Shown: piece by piece, positions 20,934 through 30,906 of the stretch
Layout: the number at the start of each line of letters is the position of its first letter
Position numbering within the stretch: position 1 is the first letter of the stretch
Assembly: GCA_965203325.1 (NCBI GenBank)
Contig: OZ241875.1
Coordinates: 2,944,001 to 3,008,000 of the forward strand
Direction of reading: 5' to 3'
Source: a bacterium
GTDB taxonomy: Bacteria > UBA8248
Length of the DNA: 64,000 nt
Position numbers and translations under genes: made by a program
The notes under the pieces: generated by a model
The model's database searches: none
What the model was told of the DNA's origin: nothing
The model's input: the letters and a program-made list of their open reading frames with translations, nothing else

Positions 20934-21710
20934 TCAGAATTGAACGAAGCCGCCGTCCACGTTGATGGCCTGGCCGGTGATGCCGCCCGAATCCTCACAC
21001 GCCAGAAGGAGCGCCAGCGGAGCGCATTCTTCCGATTCGATGAAGCGCTTCATCGGCACCCGGTTTCTCAGCTCTTCCGATTGTTCCTCAAAGGTCTTGC
21101 CCGTCTCGTCGGCCCATTTCTGGATGCTCTCCTCGAACATGCCGGTGGAGACGAATGTGGGGCAGATGCAGTTCGCCGTGATGCCGAACGGGGCGACTTC
21201 CGCCGAGAGCGCCTTGGTGAGGCCCAGTACGGCGTGTTTCGACGCGGCGTAGGCGCTCCGGTAGGCCAGGCCGATTTTGCCCGATACCGACGCCACGTTG
21301 ATGATCTTTCCCGATTTTCTCTCGAGCATCGAAGGCAAAACTTCGCGGATCGCCGTGAACGGCGCCTTCGCGTTGATTTGCATGGTGCGCTCCCACACCG
21401 CATCGGGAAGCTCGTGCACGGCTTCGAAGCTCACGATTCCTGCGTTGTTCACGAGGATGTCGATCGGGCCAAGCGCGTCGACCGTTTTGCGCAGCGAGTC
21501 GAGGATGTCCTCGTCCTTCATGACGTCGCACGGGCAGACGAGCGCCTTTCGCCCCATGGCCTCTATCTCTTTGGCGAGCGCTTCGAGCTTGTCCACCGAG
21601 CGGGCGGCCAGGGCGAGGTTCGCCCCCTCACTGGCGTAGGTGCGCGCGATGGCGCCGCCAATGCCGCCGGATGCGCCCGTGATGAATGCGACTTTGCCTT
21701 CCAGTTTCAT
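20934..21710 (-). CDS. SDR oxidoreductase, 3-hydroxybutyrate dehydrogenase-like
   Basis: TGASGGIG, NNAG, YAASK. Confidence 0.9.
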   Translation of the reverse strand: MKLEGKVAFITGASGGIGGAIARTYASEGANLALAARSVDKLEALAKEIEAMGRKALVCPCDVMKDEDILDSLRKTVDALGPIDILVNNAGIVSFEAVHELPDAVWERTMQINAKAPFTAIREVLPSMLERKSGKIINVASVSGKIGLAYRSAYAASKHAVLGLTKALSAEVAPFGITANCICPTFVSTGMFEESIQKWADETGKTFEEQSEELRNRVPMKRFIESEECAPLALLLACEDSGGITGQAINVDGGFVQF

Positions 21711-21771
21711 GTTTTCTCCTTACCAGGTAATCATTTCGGAGGCTTTATACGCCTTCCCCGAATGATATTTC

Positions 21772-23034
21772 TCAGCAAACTTCCCGAACGATGGCCTCGA
21801 ATTCCTCGTTTCCAAGCTGCCGCTTGCGCCAGCGAATCTCCGCCCGCACGCGCTCGACCACGTCTTTTTCCTTCTCCTGCGGGAGGTCGAGTCCCAGCTC
21901 CCGCGCCTTGGTGCGTATGGCCCACTCGCCCGAATAATGGCCCAGCAGGTTGTGCATGCCGTTTCCGAACATCCCGGGCTTCATGCACGAATAGGCCCAG
22001 AAGCCCTCCTCCGTATCGGGCACACAGTAGTGCACCTCGACCAGGTGTGAGAACGCCGTCTTGCCGACGAAGGGCATGGTGTCCGTCATGGGCCACTTCA
22101 TGATGTCGGAGACGAGTCTGGAGAGTTCATACATTTTCTCGAGTTTAATCCCGCAGTCGATGCCGTAGTAGAGCTGAATCACGGCGGCGACTTCGGCGAG
22201 AGGCGCAATGTGCGCGCGCTCGCCCAAGCCGTTCACGCAGGCGTCGATGAGTTCGGCTCCCCCTTCAAGACCGGCGTACAGGGCGGCGCAGGCCAGGCCG
22301 ATGTCGTTGTGGGTGTGAAGGCCGATTTGCGTGCCGGGCAAAAGGCGCTTCATCTCTCGGACGACGTAGGTGTAGACCGGCGTGATCGCCATGCCGTTGA
22401 TGTCGTCGAGCTTGATCATGTCGGCGCCTGCGTCCACGAGTTTTCCGCACACCTCGGCCAGCCGCTCGATGGGGATGCGCGTGCAGTCCTGGATCAGGCA
22501 GCCCACTTTTTTGTCGGGGCCCGATTTCTCGCGCGCGTAAGCCACCGAACCGCAGGCGCGCTCGATGGCTTGTTCGATGGTGATGTCCGGGTCGCCCGCC
22601 ATCGACTCGAACAGGCACATCTGGTTGGGCGAGAAGGAAAAGCAAAGGGTCGTGTAGTCCGCACCGTGCTCCACGTTGAGATCCACTTCCACCTTCGCGA
22701 GTTCGGGATTGAGCACGGCGGTGGGATGCACGAGCGCCTCCACGATGAGGTCGGGGTGGCGTTTTTTGATTTCTTCCATCTCCAGCGGGTCGTCGTGGTG
22801 CATCTGCACCATGCTCACGCCGGCGTCGACGAGCGCATCGGCGATGCGGATCACTTCATCGCGCCGCAGGGACACGCCGGGCAGCTGTCTGCCTTCCCGC
22901 AGGGTGATGTCGCAGAGCTGGAATTTCTCGGGAAGCGTCATCTGCGAGCGGATTTCGTCTGAGAAACAATGCTGCGATATCCGCCAGTTCTCGGTGGTGG
23001 GCTCCAAATTACTGTTCACGGGATAGCCGGGCAT
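21772..23034 (-). CDS. DRE-TIM metallolyase, LeuA/homocitrate synthase-like, divergent
   Basis: DITLREGRQ, HTHND, NGLGERA, LGHYSG; no LeuA regulatory domain. Confidence 0.8.
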   Translation of the reverse strand: MPGYPVNSNLEPTTENWRISQHCFSDEIRSQMTLPEKFQLCDITLREGRQLPGVSLRRDEVIRIADALVDAGVSMVQMHHDDPLEMEEIKKRHPDLIVEALVHPTAVLNPELAKVEVDLNVEHGADYTTLCFSFSPNQMCLFESMAGDPDITIEQAIERACGSVAYAREKSGPDKKVGCLIQDCTRIPIERLAEVCGKLVDAGADMIKLDDINGMAITPVYTYVVREMKRLLPGTQIGLHTHNDIGLACAALYAGLEGGAELIDACVNGLGERAHIAPLAEVAAVIQLYYGIDCGIKLEKMYELSRLVSDIMKWPMTDTMPFVGKTAFSHLVEVHYCVPDTEEGFWAYSCMKPGMFGNGMHNLLGHYSGEWAIRTKARELGLDLPQEKEKDVVERVRAEIRWRKRQLGNEEFEAIVREVC

Positions 23035-23155
23035 TACAACCTCCTTGTATGGATTATCATCACCTGTTGCGGGATCGGAAAAAAAGAGAACTTCAATTCA
23101 CTCTCAGCTTTGCGCCTTCTCGAAAGATATACCAATGTTTGTTTTTTTCTGCCTT

Positions 23156-24247
23156 TCAGGGGTCGGGCAGAATCACCGGCGCCACGTCCTCGAGCAGCGG
23201 CAAGACCTCGCGCCCGAAAATCTGCGTTTCCTCCAGATACGGCCAGCCGTGCATGATGAAATGCGTCACGCCGGCGTCGATGTATTCACGGAACTGATTC
23301 GCCACCATCTCCGGCGTGCCCACGAACGTCGTGGCCCCGCCGGCGCGCACCTTGTTCACGCCCATCCAGATGGTGTCGGTGAGCCAGAGGGATTCTCTTG
23401 AGGCCATCTCGTTGATTCGCGACTGGCTCGTGGATTCGCTCAGGCGAACCGAATCTGCCCAGGTGGCGGTATTGCCGATGTCGCTGTCGTTCAGCCAGCC
23501 CTCCACGGTGCGCCTCGCTTCTTGTCTTGTCTCCCGCACGCAGACGCAGTGGCGCACTCCGAATTCGAGAGGGGCGTTGCGCTCGAACTCATTTTCCAGC
23601 TTTTTGACCTCTTCGATTTCCTTCGCCACGGTTTCCGGTTCATAGGCGAAGTAGACGTGAACGTCGCCGAAACGCGCGGCGACACGCTTCCCGCCGGGGG
23701 AACTCCCCGCCAGAAAGATGGTGGGATGGGGGTCCGAGTGGCGTTTCGGCCAGACGTGGGCGTCTTCTAAGTGGAAAAAGCGGCCTTTGTAATTCACGGG
23801 TCCATCTTCCCGCCAGAGGCGGTGCACGACCTCGAGAAATTCCTCGGTCACCTCGTATCTTTCATCATGAGGCGCGTGGTAGCCGTAACGCCTCAGATCC
23901 GCTGAGTTCGCGCCCGAGACGACGTTCAAGGACAAGCGGCCTTTCGTGAAGTAATCGAGCGTGTTCGCCTGCTGGGCGGCGTAGACCGGCCCCACGAGAC
24001 CGGGGCGGAAGGCGACCAGAAACTTGATTTTCTTCGTTTGGGTCGCCAGGGCGGAGGCCGTCTGCCAGGCATCCAGGCAGTGTGTGCCCGTCGGCACCAG
24101 AATGTTGACGCACCCGGCGTCTTCGGCTGCTTGCGTGACCCGGGCCAGATAATCCAGCTTTGCGGGACGCTCGGGAACGGCGGGGTTGATTTGATGGCCG
24201 TCGCCCGCGTTGAACGAGCACAATGCCCAATGAAACTGAACGGACAA
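23156..24247 (-). CDS. LLM-class flavin-dependent monooxygenase, SsuD-like
   Basis: LVPTG...DAW, FLVAFRPG, GRLSLNVVSG, HDERY, PYLEE. Confidence 0.88.
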   Translation of the reverse strand: MSVQFHWALCSFNAGDGHQINPAVPERPAKLDYLARVTQAAEDAGCVNILVPTGTHCLDAWQTASALATQTKKIKFLVAFRPGLVGPVYAAQQANTLDYFTKGRLSLNVVSGANSADLRRYGYHAPHDERYEVTEEFLEVVHRLWREDGPVNYKGRFFHLEDAHVWPKRHSDPHPTIFLAGSSPGGKRVAARFGDVHVYFAYEPETVAKEIEEVKKLENEFERNAPLEFGVRHCVCVRETRQEARRTVEGWLNDSDIGNTATWADSVRLSESTSQSRINEMASRESLWLTDTIWMGVNKVRAGGATTFVGTPEMVANQFREYIDAGVTHFIMHGWPYLEETQIFGREVLPLLEDVAPVILPDP

Positions 24248-24478
24248 GTCGTCTCCAGCAGTTTGAATGCGCGCCGGATTTCTCCGAAGCTTCGAACGGG
24301 AAGGCCCGCTTTCAAGGACGCACCCGGCGCTTTTTGTCGTGAATACTACACCATCGTCGATTCACAATGAATGCGCAAAGAGTTCGAAGCATTCCGAACA
24401 TCCAGCCATGCGTTCAACCAGTGGGTGTACAGAGAGAACGTATGCGGCGTGGTGTTTTTGCATGTGCCTTGATTCCGT

Positions 24479-25684
24479 TCACCACCGCCTGGGATGATCC
24501 TCAGGAACGGGGCCGCTCAAGGCGCCGCGGCCCGATTTTTGTCTGATGTAGACGGTCTTGTCGTGGTCTTCGGGAATTTCTCCATGGAGCGCTTTTTTCA
24601 GCCAATCCACGGCCCAGGGGTTCAGGTCCAGGTTGCCGAGTCCCTGCATTCCCCACACTCTGTGGAACTCGTTTTCCAGCACCCATAACTCCTTGGGCGC
24701 CGTGATCTCCTCGAAAAAGCGGAAAGCGTCTTCCAGGTGGCTCAGCGGGTCGAATTCTCCCGTGGCCAACAGCGTCGGGCAGGAGATTTTCGCCCCGCAA
24801 CCGTTGAGCGTCATCTTTGCGGCCATCTCGTCGAAGGCGTCTTCGTCGGTGTACCCGGCCATGTACATGAAAATTTGCTTGAAGCGCGGAGACGCTTCGC
24901 CGAAGATCACGTGCTTGTCCGAAAAAGTGGCGCTGCCGCCCGCGCAGGCCTTGATCCTCTCGTCGATCGCTGCGGCGAGCGGCGCCCAGTAAGAACCCAT
25001 GCTGATGCCGAATACGCCGATTTTATCCGGGTCGATTTCCTCGCGGGTCACCAGATAATCGACCACCGCCGAAACAGCGCGCTCATAATTGTTTTCGGTC
25101 ACGCGAATCTTGCGCATGTTCGAGATGCCTTGTCCGGGGCCGTCGATGGCGCAGGCGTGCATGCCGCGCCGGATCATGTCGTTCTGCAGGATGTAGGGAT
25201 AGAATTCTTTCGTCTGGTCCATGCCGGGGATGTAGATGACGCAAGGGGCTTTTCTCCTGCCCGGCAGGAGATGGAGGATGATTTGAATTTCCCGGCCCTC
25301 GAAGGGGACTTCGACCCGCTCCCCCGGGTAATCGGCCAGGGCCATCGCGCGGTCGTAGCAGCGGATCAACCCGGCGTGAAGCTTGATCTTCTGCGGGTGG
25401 TCGTCCTCGAAGATCACGTGTTGTCCCTTGCGGTATGATTCCGACGCCTGGAGGTAGAGTTCGAGCGCCGTTTCCCGCATGCCGGCCTCTTCCGCCGCCC
25501 GGGCGATCTGTTCTTTGTGTTGCGCATCCTCGCCCTGGAGCTTGCTGATCATCTTGTAGTTCTTCACGCCCTTGGGAAGCTCGAACTTGTCGTCTTCGAA
25601 GTTCTGGACCATGCCCGCCGTCTTGGCGATGTAATCCAGAATCCATTGCTGGTTGTCGCGTCGGCGAACGTGTTTCAGAGACAT
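24479..25684 (-). CDS. Alpha/beta hydrolase, 2,6-dihydroxypseudooxynicotine hydrolase/FrsA-like
   Basis: PGMD, DGPGQG, GISMG nucleophile elbow, GEFD, terminal His. Confidence 0.82.
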   Translation of the reverse strand: MSLKHVRRRDNQQWILDYIAKTAGMVQNFEDDKFELPKGVKNYKMISKLQGEDAQHKEQIARAAEEAGMRETALELYLQASESYRKGQHVIFEDDHPQKIKLHAGLIRCYDRAMALADYPGERVEVPFEGREIQIILHLLPGRRKAPCVIYIPGMDQTKEFYPYILQNDMIRRGMHACAIDGPGQGISNMRKIRVTENNYERAVSAVVDYLVTREEIDPDKIGVFGISMGSYWAPLAAAIDERIKACAGGSATFSDKHVIFGEASPRFKQIFMYMAGYTDEDAFDEMAAKMTLNGCGAKISCPTLLATGEFDPLSHLEDAFRFFEEITAPKELWVLENEFHRVWGMQGLGNLDLNPWAVDWLKKALHGEIPEDHDKTVYIRQKSGRGALSGPVPEDHPRRW

Positions 25685-25743
25685 ATTTATCCTCGCTTGC
25701 TCAAGTTGTATGAGTGCCCATGATTACCGAGCCATCTCGAAAT

Positions 25744-26844
25744 TCAGCATCCGCTTTTTCCGTCGTTCGGGATGGTGAGAATTTCCGCCGATTTCAGCAC
25801 TTCGTTGTCGGTTGCGCCTCCTGTGATGAGAACCCGCCCTCCTCCCAGCGAAGTGGCCGTATGGAGGCGTCTGGGGAATTTCATTTCGACGCCCACGGAC
25901 CAGAAGCATCCATTCCCGGGCTCATACACTTCCGCGGCTGCCAGGGTCCGCCCCTCACCGCCCCAGCCGCCGATCAGGACGACCCTGCCGTCAGGCATCA
26001 GCGTGGCGGTGTGCTGCTGGCGCTTGACGCGCAGTTTGCCTTTCAGGGGGATGAATTTTTCCGTCGCCGGGTCATAGATTTCAGCGCCGGCGAGCGTTTT
26101 TTCCTTGCCCAGGCCGCCTGCGATGAGCACCCTCCCGTCCAGAAGCCGTGTAGCGCTGTGGCGGCTCCTTTGCGTCGTGAGGCTTCGGACCAGCCGTGTT
26201 CTTCCTTGCGAGGGCAGGTAAAGCTCCGCGTAGCGCGCCCCCTTTCCTTCCGCGCCGCCCAAGATAAGGACGTTCCCTCCGGATAGCGCGGTGGCGCTGT
26301 GCTGCTGGCGCGCCATGAGCATGGGTCTCCGCGCCGGGAGGAAGCGCTTTTTGCCGGGCGCGTAAATCTCCAGATGGCGTATGGCGCGCTTCCCGTCGTT
26401 GCCGCCGGCGATGAGTACGTCTCCGGCGGGCAGCTTCGTCATCGTGTGATCATAGCGGCCATACTTCATCATGGCCCGTGCGCGGACTCCCGCGCCGGGT
26501 TGTATGAGAAAAGAGTCTCTGAGCGCCTCTCCTCCGTTCGTCCAGCCACCGGTAATCAGCACGGCGTCTTTTAAGAGAATCGCCTTGTGCCACCCTCGCG
26601 CCCGCAGGCCTTGAATCTTGTGGGGTTTGAAGGTCCCCTGGGTTGGGTCGTATATCTCGAAATCATCCAAGGGAGAGGTTTTCGTGAGACCCGCGGCGAT
26701 GAGTATTTCGCCGGTTTCGAGTTTTGTGGCTGTATGCCCGTGCCGGGGGGCGTTCATATTCCCCGACGAGGAGAAATCTCCCTCACCGCCGCAGGCGGCC
26801 AGGGCCATGCCGAACAGCAAACAAATTATCGTTCGTATTCCCAT
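25744..26844 (-). CDS. Kelch-repeat beta-propeller lipoprotein
   Basis: Lipobox LAAC; repeated R..HTATxL..GxVLIxGG...AEIYDP units. Alternative start at 26865. Confidence 0.85.
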   Translation of the reverse strand: MGIRTIICLLFGMALAACGGEGDFSSSGNMNAPRHGHTATKLETGEILIAAGLTKTSPLDDFEIYDPTQGTFKPHKIQGLRARGWHKAILLKDAVLITGGWTNGGEALRDSFLIQPGAGVRARAMMKYGRYDHTMTKLPAGDVLIAGGNDGKRAIRHLEIYAPGKKRFLPARRPMLMARQQHSATALSGGNVLILGGAEGKGARYAELYLPSQGRTRLVRSLTTQRSRHSATRLLDGRVLIAGGLGKEKTLAGAEIYDPATEKFIPLKGKLRVKRQQHTATLMPDGRVVLIGGWGGEGRTLAAAEVYEPGNGCFWSVGVEMKFPRRLHTATSLGGGRVLITGGATDNEVLKSAEILTIPNDGKSGC

Positions 26845-26965
26845 CCATTCTCCCCTGGGCTTCACGATTCAGGCGGGAGGCTTCCGCAAGACCTCATGGC
26901 CTCGAAAACCCGCCTGTGATACATTTTCGCCCATACCTTGAGTCCATTCCATACCGGGAGCCATT

Positions 26966-27916
26966 ATGCGCGAGACGGGCGATATCCGAAACGTCGCTGT
27001 CATCGGGGGTGGATATGTGGGCCGGGGCGTGGCGCTGCAGTTCGCCCTCGCGGATTTTCGCGTCTCGATGTTCAACCGAAGCCCCGAGAGCGCTGCGCGC
27101 GCGCGTGCCGAGATCGAAAAAAGCCTTGATATACTTGTCGATGCGGACGCGCTGGAAGGAGAAGGCGCGCGCGGTGTTGCAGAGCGCATCGCCCTGACGC
27201 AGGATTTCCGGGAAGCCGTGGGTGGCGGCGATTTCGTCGTCGAGGCGGTGAGTGAAATTTTATCGCTCAAACAAGATGTTTTCGAGAAGATGGACGCGAT
27301 AGCCCCACCCGACGTGATACTGGCGAGCGAGACCTCGGGTCTGGGGATGACGGATATTTCCGCGCGAACGAGTCATCCCGAACGCTGCATCGTCACCCAC
27401 AACTACACCCCGCCTCATCTCATACCCGTCGTGGAGGTGGCGGCCGGCCGCCGGACGAGCCCGGATACGACGCGGATCACCTGTGAGTTGCTCGAAAAAT
27501 CGGGCAAGGAGCCCATCGTCTGCCGGGAGGTGCCCGGACACATCGGGGTGAGGCTCACGACGGCGCTCAGGCGCGAGGCTTATCATATCGTGGAACGAGG
27601 CTACGCGCGCCCCGAGGACGTCGACGCCGTATGGCGCTCTATCGCACCTCTTTTTCCCGCGCTGGGGCTGTGCAAGCTCAACGATTTCTCGGGAATGGAC
27701 GTGCTGCGCGACGTGCACCGCAATATCCAGCCCACGCTCGATCACCGCCCGGAACCCGGTCCTCTGATGGACGAGATGGTGGAGAAGAACCTGCTCGGCA
27801 TCAAGAGCGGCGAGGGGTTTTACAAGTGGACGGCGGAATCGGCCCGCGAGGCGGCGCGCCTGCGGGACGAGGCATTGATTCGGTTGTACCGGGATCGAAA
27901 AAACGAGGTTTCGTGA
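26966..27916 (+). CDS. 3-hydroxyacyl-CoA dehydrogenase family protein
   Basis: GGGYVGRG, VEAVSE, LASETSG, His-containing HNYTPPHLIPVVE, LGIKSGEGFY. Confidence 0.85.
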   Translation: MRETGDIRNVAVIGGGYVGRGVALQFALADFRVSMFNRSPESAARARAEIEKSLDILVDADALEGEGARGVAERIALTQDFREAVGGGDFVVEAVSEILSLKQDVFEKMDAIAPPDVILASETSGLGMTDISARTSHPERCIVTHNYTPPHLIPVVEVAAGRRTSPDTTRITCELLEKSGKEPIVCREVPGHIGVRLTTALRREAYHIVERGYARPEDVDAVWRSIAPLFPALGLCKLNDFSGMDVLRDVHRNIQPTLDHRPEPGPLMDEMVEKNLLGIKSGEGFYKWTAESAREAARLRDEALIRLYRDRKNEVS

Positions 27917-27967
27917 CGGAAACGGAGCGGAATTCAGGTTCGTGAACCTTCATGCGGAGGAGCCGAC

Positions 27968-29185
27968 ATGGTGGATTACATTCTGGACGACGAACTGAAA
28001 GCCTGGCAGGGCAAGATCGCCGAATTCTCGAAAAACGAATTGCGGCCCTACGCGGCCGAGTGGGACCGTCAAAACGGGATCGACCCGACGAGTCCGTTTC
28101 CCATGGACGCGCTCAGGAAAGCTTCCGCGGCGGGCATCCGGACGCTCACGACGCCCAAAGAGATGGGCGGGGAGGGTTTCGGGATATTCGCGCACGTGGT
28201 CCTGCTGGAGGAGCTGTTCCAGGGCGAGGCGGGCTTCGCCTCCGTCATCCACCAGAACTGGAAGCTCGCCAAGATGCTCTGCCACTTCACCACCGAGGAG
28301 CAGCGCGCGGAGTTCCTGCCCCGCTACATGGACGTGGACACCTCCACCATGGCCATCGGCATGACGGAGCCCCAGGCGGGCACGGACAACATCATGCCCG
28401 CCACGAACGTCGACGGCGGCGCGCGGCTCTCCGCCGTCAGGCAGGGCGATACCTGGATTCTGAACGGCAAGAAGCACTTCATCGCCTGCGCGTCGATGAG
28501 CAACATCAATTTCATTGTGGCGAGAACCAACCCGAACGTCCCCGTGAACGAGGGGACCACCATGTTCATCATGACGGACGAGATACCCGGCTTTAGGCAC
28601 GGAATCATCCACGGCAAGCTCGGCGCGCGCCTTCTGATGAACGGGGAGCTCATCTTCGAGAACGCCGAAGTGCCTGAAAAATGGCGGCTCAGCGAGGTGG
28701 ACGGCGGCCTGCCCTACATGGCCCGCGTCTTCTCGCGCCACTCGCCCACCACGGCCACCTTCGGGGTCGGCATCGCGCGCGCCGCCTTCGAGGACGCCCG
28801 CGCCTATGCGCGGGAGCGCGTCCAGGGCGGTAAGCCCATCATCGAGCACGCGCGGATACGCGAGATTCTCGCCGACATGTACGTGAGCATCACCGTCGCG
28901 CGCGACGCCGTCTGGCATGCCGCCTGGCACGCGGATACGGCGGGCGACGATGAATACGACCACAAGCAGGGTATGCGCGCCGCCCTGTTCGCCTCCGAGA
29001 TGGCGCCCCAGGTCTGCATCAAGGGGATGAACATCTTCGGCGGCAACGGCTACATGGACACCCACCCGGCCGAGCGCCACCTGCGCGACGCGATGATGTG
29101 CTACCACATCGACGGGCTGAACGACACGACGCGCTTGAAGCTCGGCGGCCTGCTGGCGGGAGAGGCCTTCGCGGGCGCGCTCTAG
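27968..29185 (+). CDS. Acyl-CoA dehydrogenase-fold flavoprotein
   Basis: MTEPQAGTD, LNGKKHFI, RVQGGKPI, FGGNGY; C-terminal MCYHIDG. Confidence 0.88.
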   Translation: MVDYILDDELKAWQGKIAEFSKNELRPYAAEWDRQNGIDPTSPFPMDALRKASAAGIRTLTTPKEMGGEGFGIFAHVVLLEELFQGEAGFASVIHQNWKLAKMLCHFTTEEQRAEFLPRYMDVDTSTMAIGMTEPQAGTDNIMPATNVDGGARLSAVRQGDTWILNGKKHFIACASMSNINFIVARTNPNVPVNEGTTMFIMTDEIPGFRHGIIHGKLGARLLMNGELIFENAEVPEKWRLSEVDGGLPYMARVFSRHSPTTATFGVGIARAAFEDARAYARERVQGGKPIIEHARIREILADMYVSITVARDAVWHAAWHADTAGDDEYDHKQGMRAALFASEMAPQVCIKGMNIFGGNGYMDTHPAERHLRDAMMCYHIDGLNDTTRLKLGGLLAGEAFAGAL

Positions 29186-29199
29186 GGGCCCTGCGCCGG

Positions 29200-29674
29200 G
29201 GGCAAGTGCGGGCAATTGCGGGGAAATGCGGGGGCCGGCGGAAAACTTTTTTTGCCGCTTTATTTGAGTGTCCTGCGCTCAGATTTGAATGATAACTCTT
29301 TTTATTACAACCGGTTAAGCGATCAGGAATTGTCATCTATTTATCGAAAAACCCCGTAAATTTATTGAATTTTTCAGGAATTCCCGAGGCGGCCCGAGAG
29401 ATGTGCCCGTGTGCCCATGGATGGCGCCGGGAATCGCCGGTGAACCGGCTCGTCTCATGGCGTGCTCCCGTTCGGTGACGACGCGCAGGGCCGGCCCGGA
29501 GGTCGCCTGGAATCTTCTTCGCCGGACTCGCATGGTTTCGGATACCCCCCCTTTCGCCGGATGCGCCGTCTCGCTCCCGGCCTGTAAAACCCGTCCCTTT
29601 CTCGGGACGCGGGCCGTGGTGTATTCTGGGCGCTGCGCGGAATCGCCGCGACGCGCAAATGCGGGCAAATGCGC
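29200..29674. repeat. Short tandem ~10-mer GCAAATGCGG-like repeats at both ends of a non-coding segment
   Basis: gcaagtgcgg-gcaattgcgg-ggaaatgcgg at about 29202-29232 and gcaaatgcgg-gcaaatgcg at about 29655-29674. Confidence 0.5.
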
Positions 29675-29699
29675 GCGCGGGAGAATCCGGGTGGGGAGG

Positions 29700-29879
29700 G
29701 GGAATGTTCAAAAAGCCCGATTAGCGAGGATTTGACGCGACCGGGGAGGGTCGGTTTTGTAGGGGCCGCATACATGCGGCCCATGACGGGCGGCGAAAAA
29801 CCAGGGACGCATATATGTCGGACATATATGTCCGACCTACACAAACAAATTTCCTCTCTCTGGGTTTTTCAACAGCCCC
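29700..29879. mobile_element. Non-autonomous MITE with IS1182-like ends carrying GTAG/CTAC REP-like hairpins
   Basis: Left end gggaatgttcaaaaagccc; right end gggtttttcaacagcccc is the exact reverse complement of the IS left end at 61066. Internal palindromes gggccgcatacatgcggccc and gtcggacatatatgtccgac. Confidence 0.65.
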
Positions 29880-30017
29880 CTCAAGGGGGGAGTTGATTCG
29901 AAATTCTCGGCGGGGCCGCATCGCCTTTTCTTACCCCCCTGTTAAGGGGGGGTAGGGGGGGGTGACTGAATGGTGTTTCCCTTCAGACGGTAAAACCGAA
30001 GCCCCCGGGAGTATGAA

Positions 30018-30431
30018 ATGCTCATCGTGAACGAGAGGCTCAAAATCCCGCTGCGCGAAATCCACTTCCAGTTCGCGCGCGCGGGCGGCCCCGGCGGGCA
30101 GAACGTCAACAAGGTCTCGACCAAGGCGGTGCTGCGCTGGAACATGGCGGCGTCAAAGAGCGCGCCCGAGGACGTGAAGGCGAGGCTCAGGACGCTCCAC
30201 CCGCGCCGCGTGACGCGGGAGGGAGAGGTCGTCATCGCGAGCAGCCGCTTCCGCGATCAGGGCCGGAACGTCGCCGACTGCCTCGAAAAGCTCCGCGCCG
30301 CCCTGGCCGCCGCCGCCGACCCGCCCAAGCCGCGCCGCCCCACGCGCCCCACCCGTCTTTCCAAGGAAAAACGCCTCAAGGACAAGCGCGAACGCGCCGA
30401 GAAGAAGAAGTTGAGGGGGAAGGTGGGGTAG
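30018..30431 (+). CDS. arfB: Alternative ribosome rescue factor B (peptidyl-tRNA hydrolase)
   Basis: GPGGQNVNK motif and basic C-terminal tail RRPTRPT...KRL. Confidence 0.93.
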   Translation: MLIVNERLKIPLREIHFQFARAGGPGGQNVNKVSTKAVLRWNMAASKSAPEDVKARLRTLHPRRVTREGEVVIASSRFRDQGRNVADCLEKLRAALAAAADPPKPRRPTRPTRLSKEKRLKDKRERAEKKKLRGKVG

Positions 30432-30450
30432 GGGGGACAGGTAGCGGAGG

Positions 30451-30906
30451 TTATTCGTTCGCTTCGGGCGACAGGAAATCAATGAGTCGAGATTCGAGTT
30501 CGGACTCGTCTTCCGTTTCACACTCCCACACGACCAGCGCATTCCAACCGAGCTTTTGGAGGTCGTCTATTTTCCGACGATCACGGGCGACGTTCTGCCG
30601 GAATTTCTCTTCCCAGAAGTCGGTTCGTGTTTTCGGCGTGGTCGTTCGTCGGCATCCTTCGTGCCTGTGCCAGAAACAGCCGTGAACGAAAATCACCTTC
30701 TTGCGCGAGGAGAAACAAATATCGGGTGTTCCGGGCAGGTTCTTTCTGTGCAGACGATAGCGGTAGCCGAGGCCGTGCAACAACTTTCGAACGATCAACT
30801 CCGGTTTGGTATTCTTCTGGCCGACTCGCGCCATGAGCGCGCTGCGCTCCGGCGACGGTTTGGTTTCAATCGGCGGCTTCTTCCGGGGTCGACGGGGCAT
30901 AGTCAT
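30451..30906 (-). CDS. vsr: Very short patch repair endonuclease
   Basis: RSALMARV...NTKPE, LPGTPD, FVHGCFWH, VWECE. Confidence 0.93.
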   Translation of the reverse strand: MTMPRRPRKKPPIETKPSPERSALMARVGQKNTKPELIVRKLLHGLGYRYRLHRKNLPGTPDICFSSRKKVIFVHGCFWHRHEGCRRTTTPKTRTDFWEEKFRQNVARDRRKIDDLQKLGWNALVVWECETEDESELESRLIDFLSPEANE

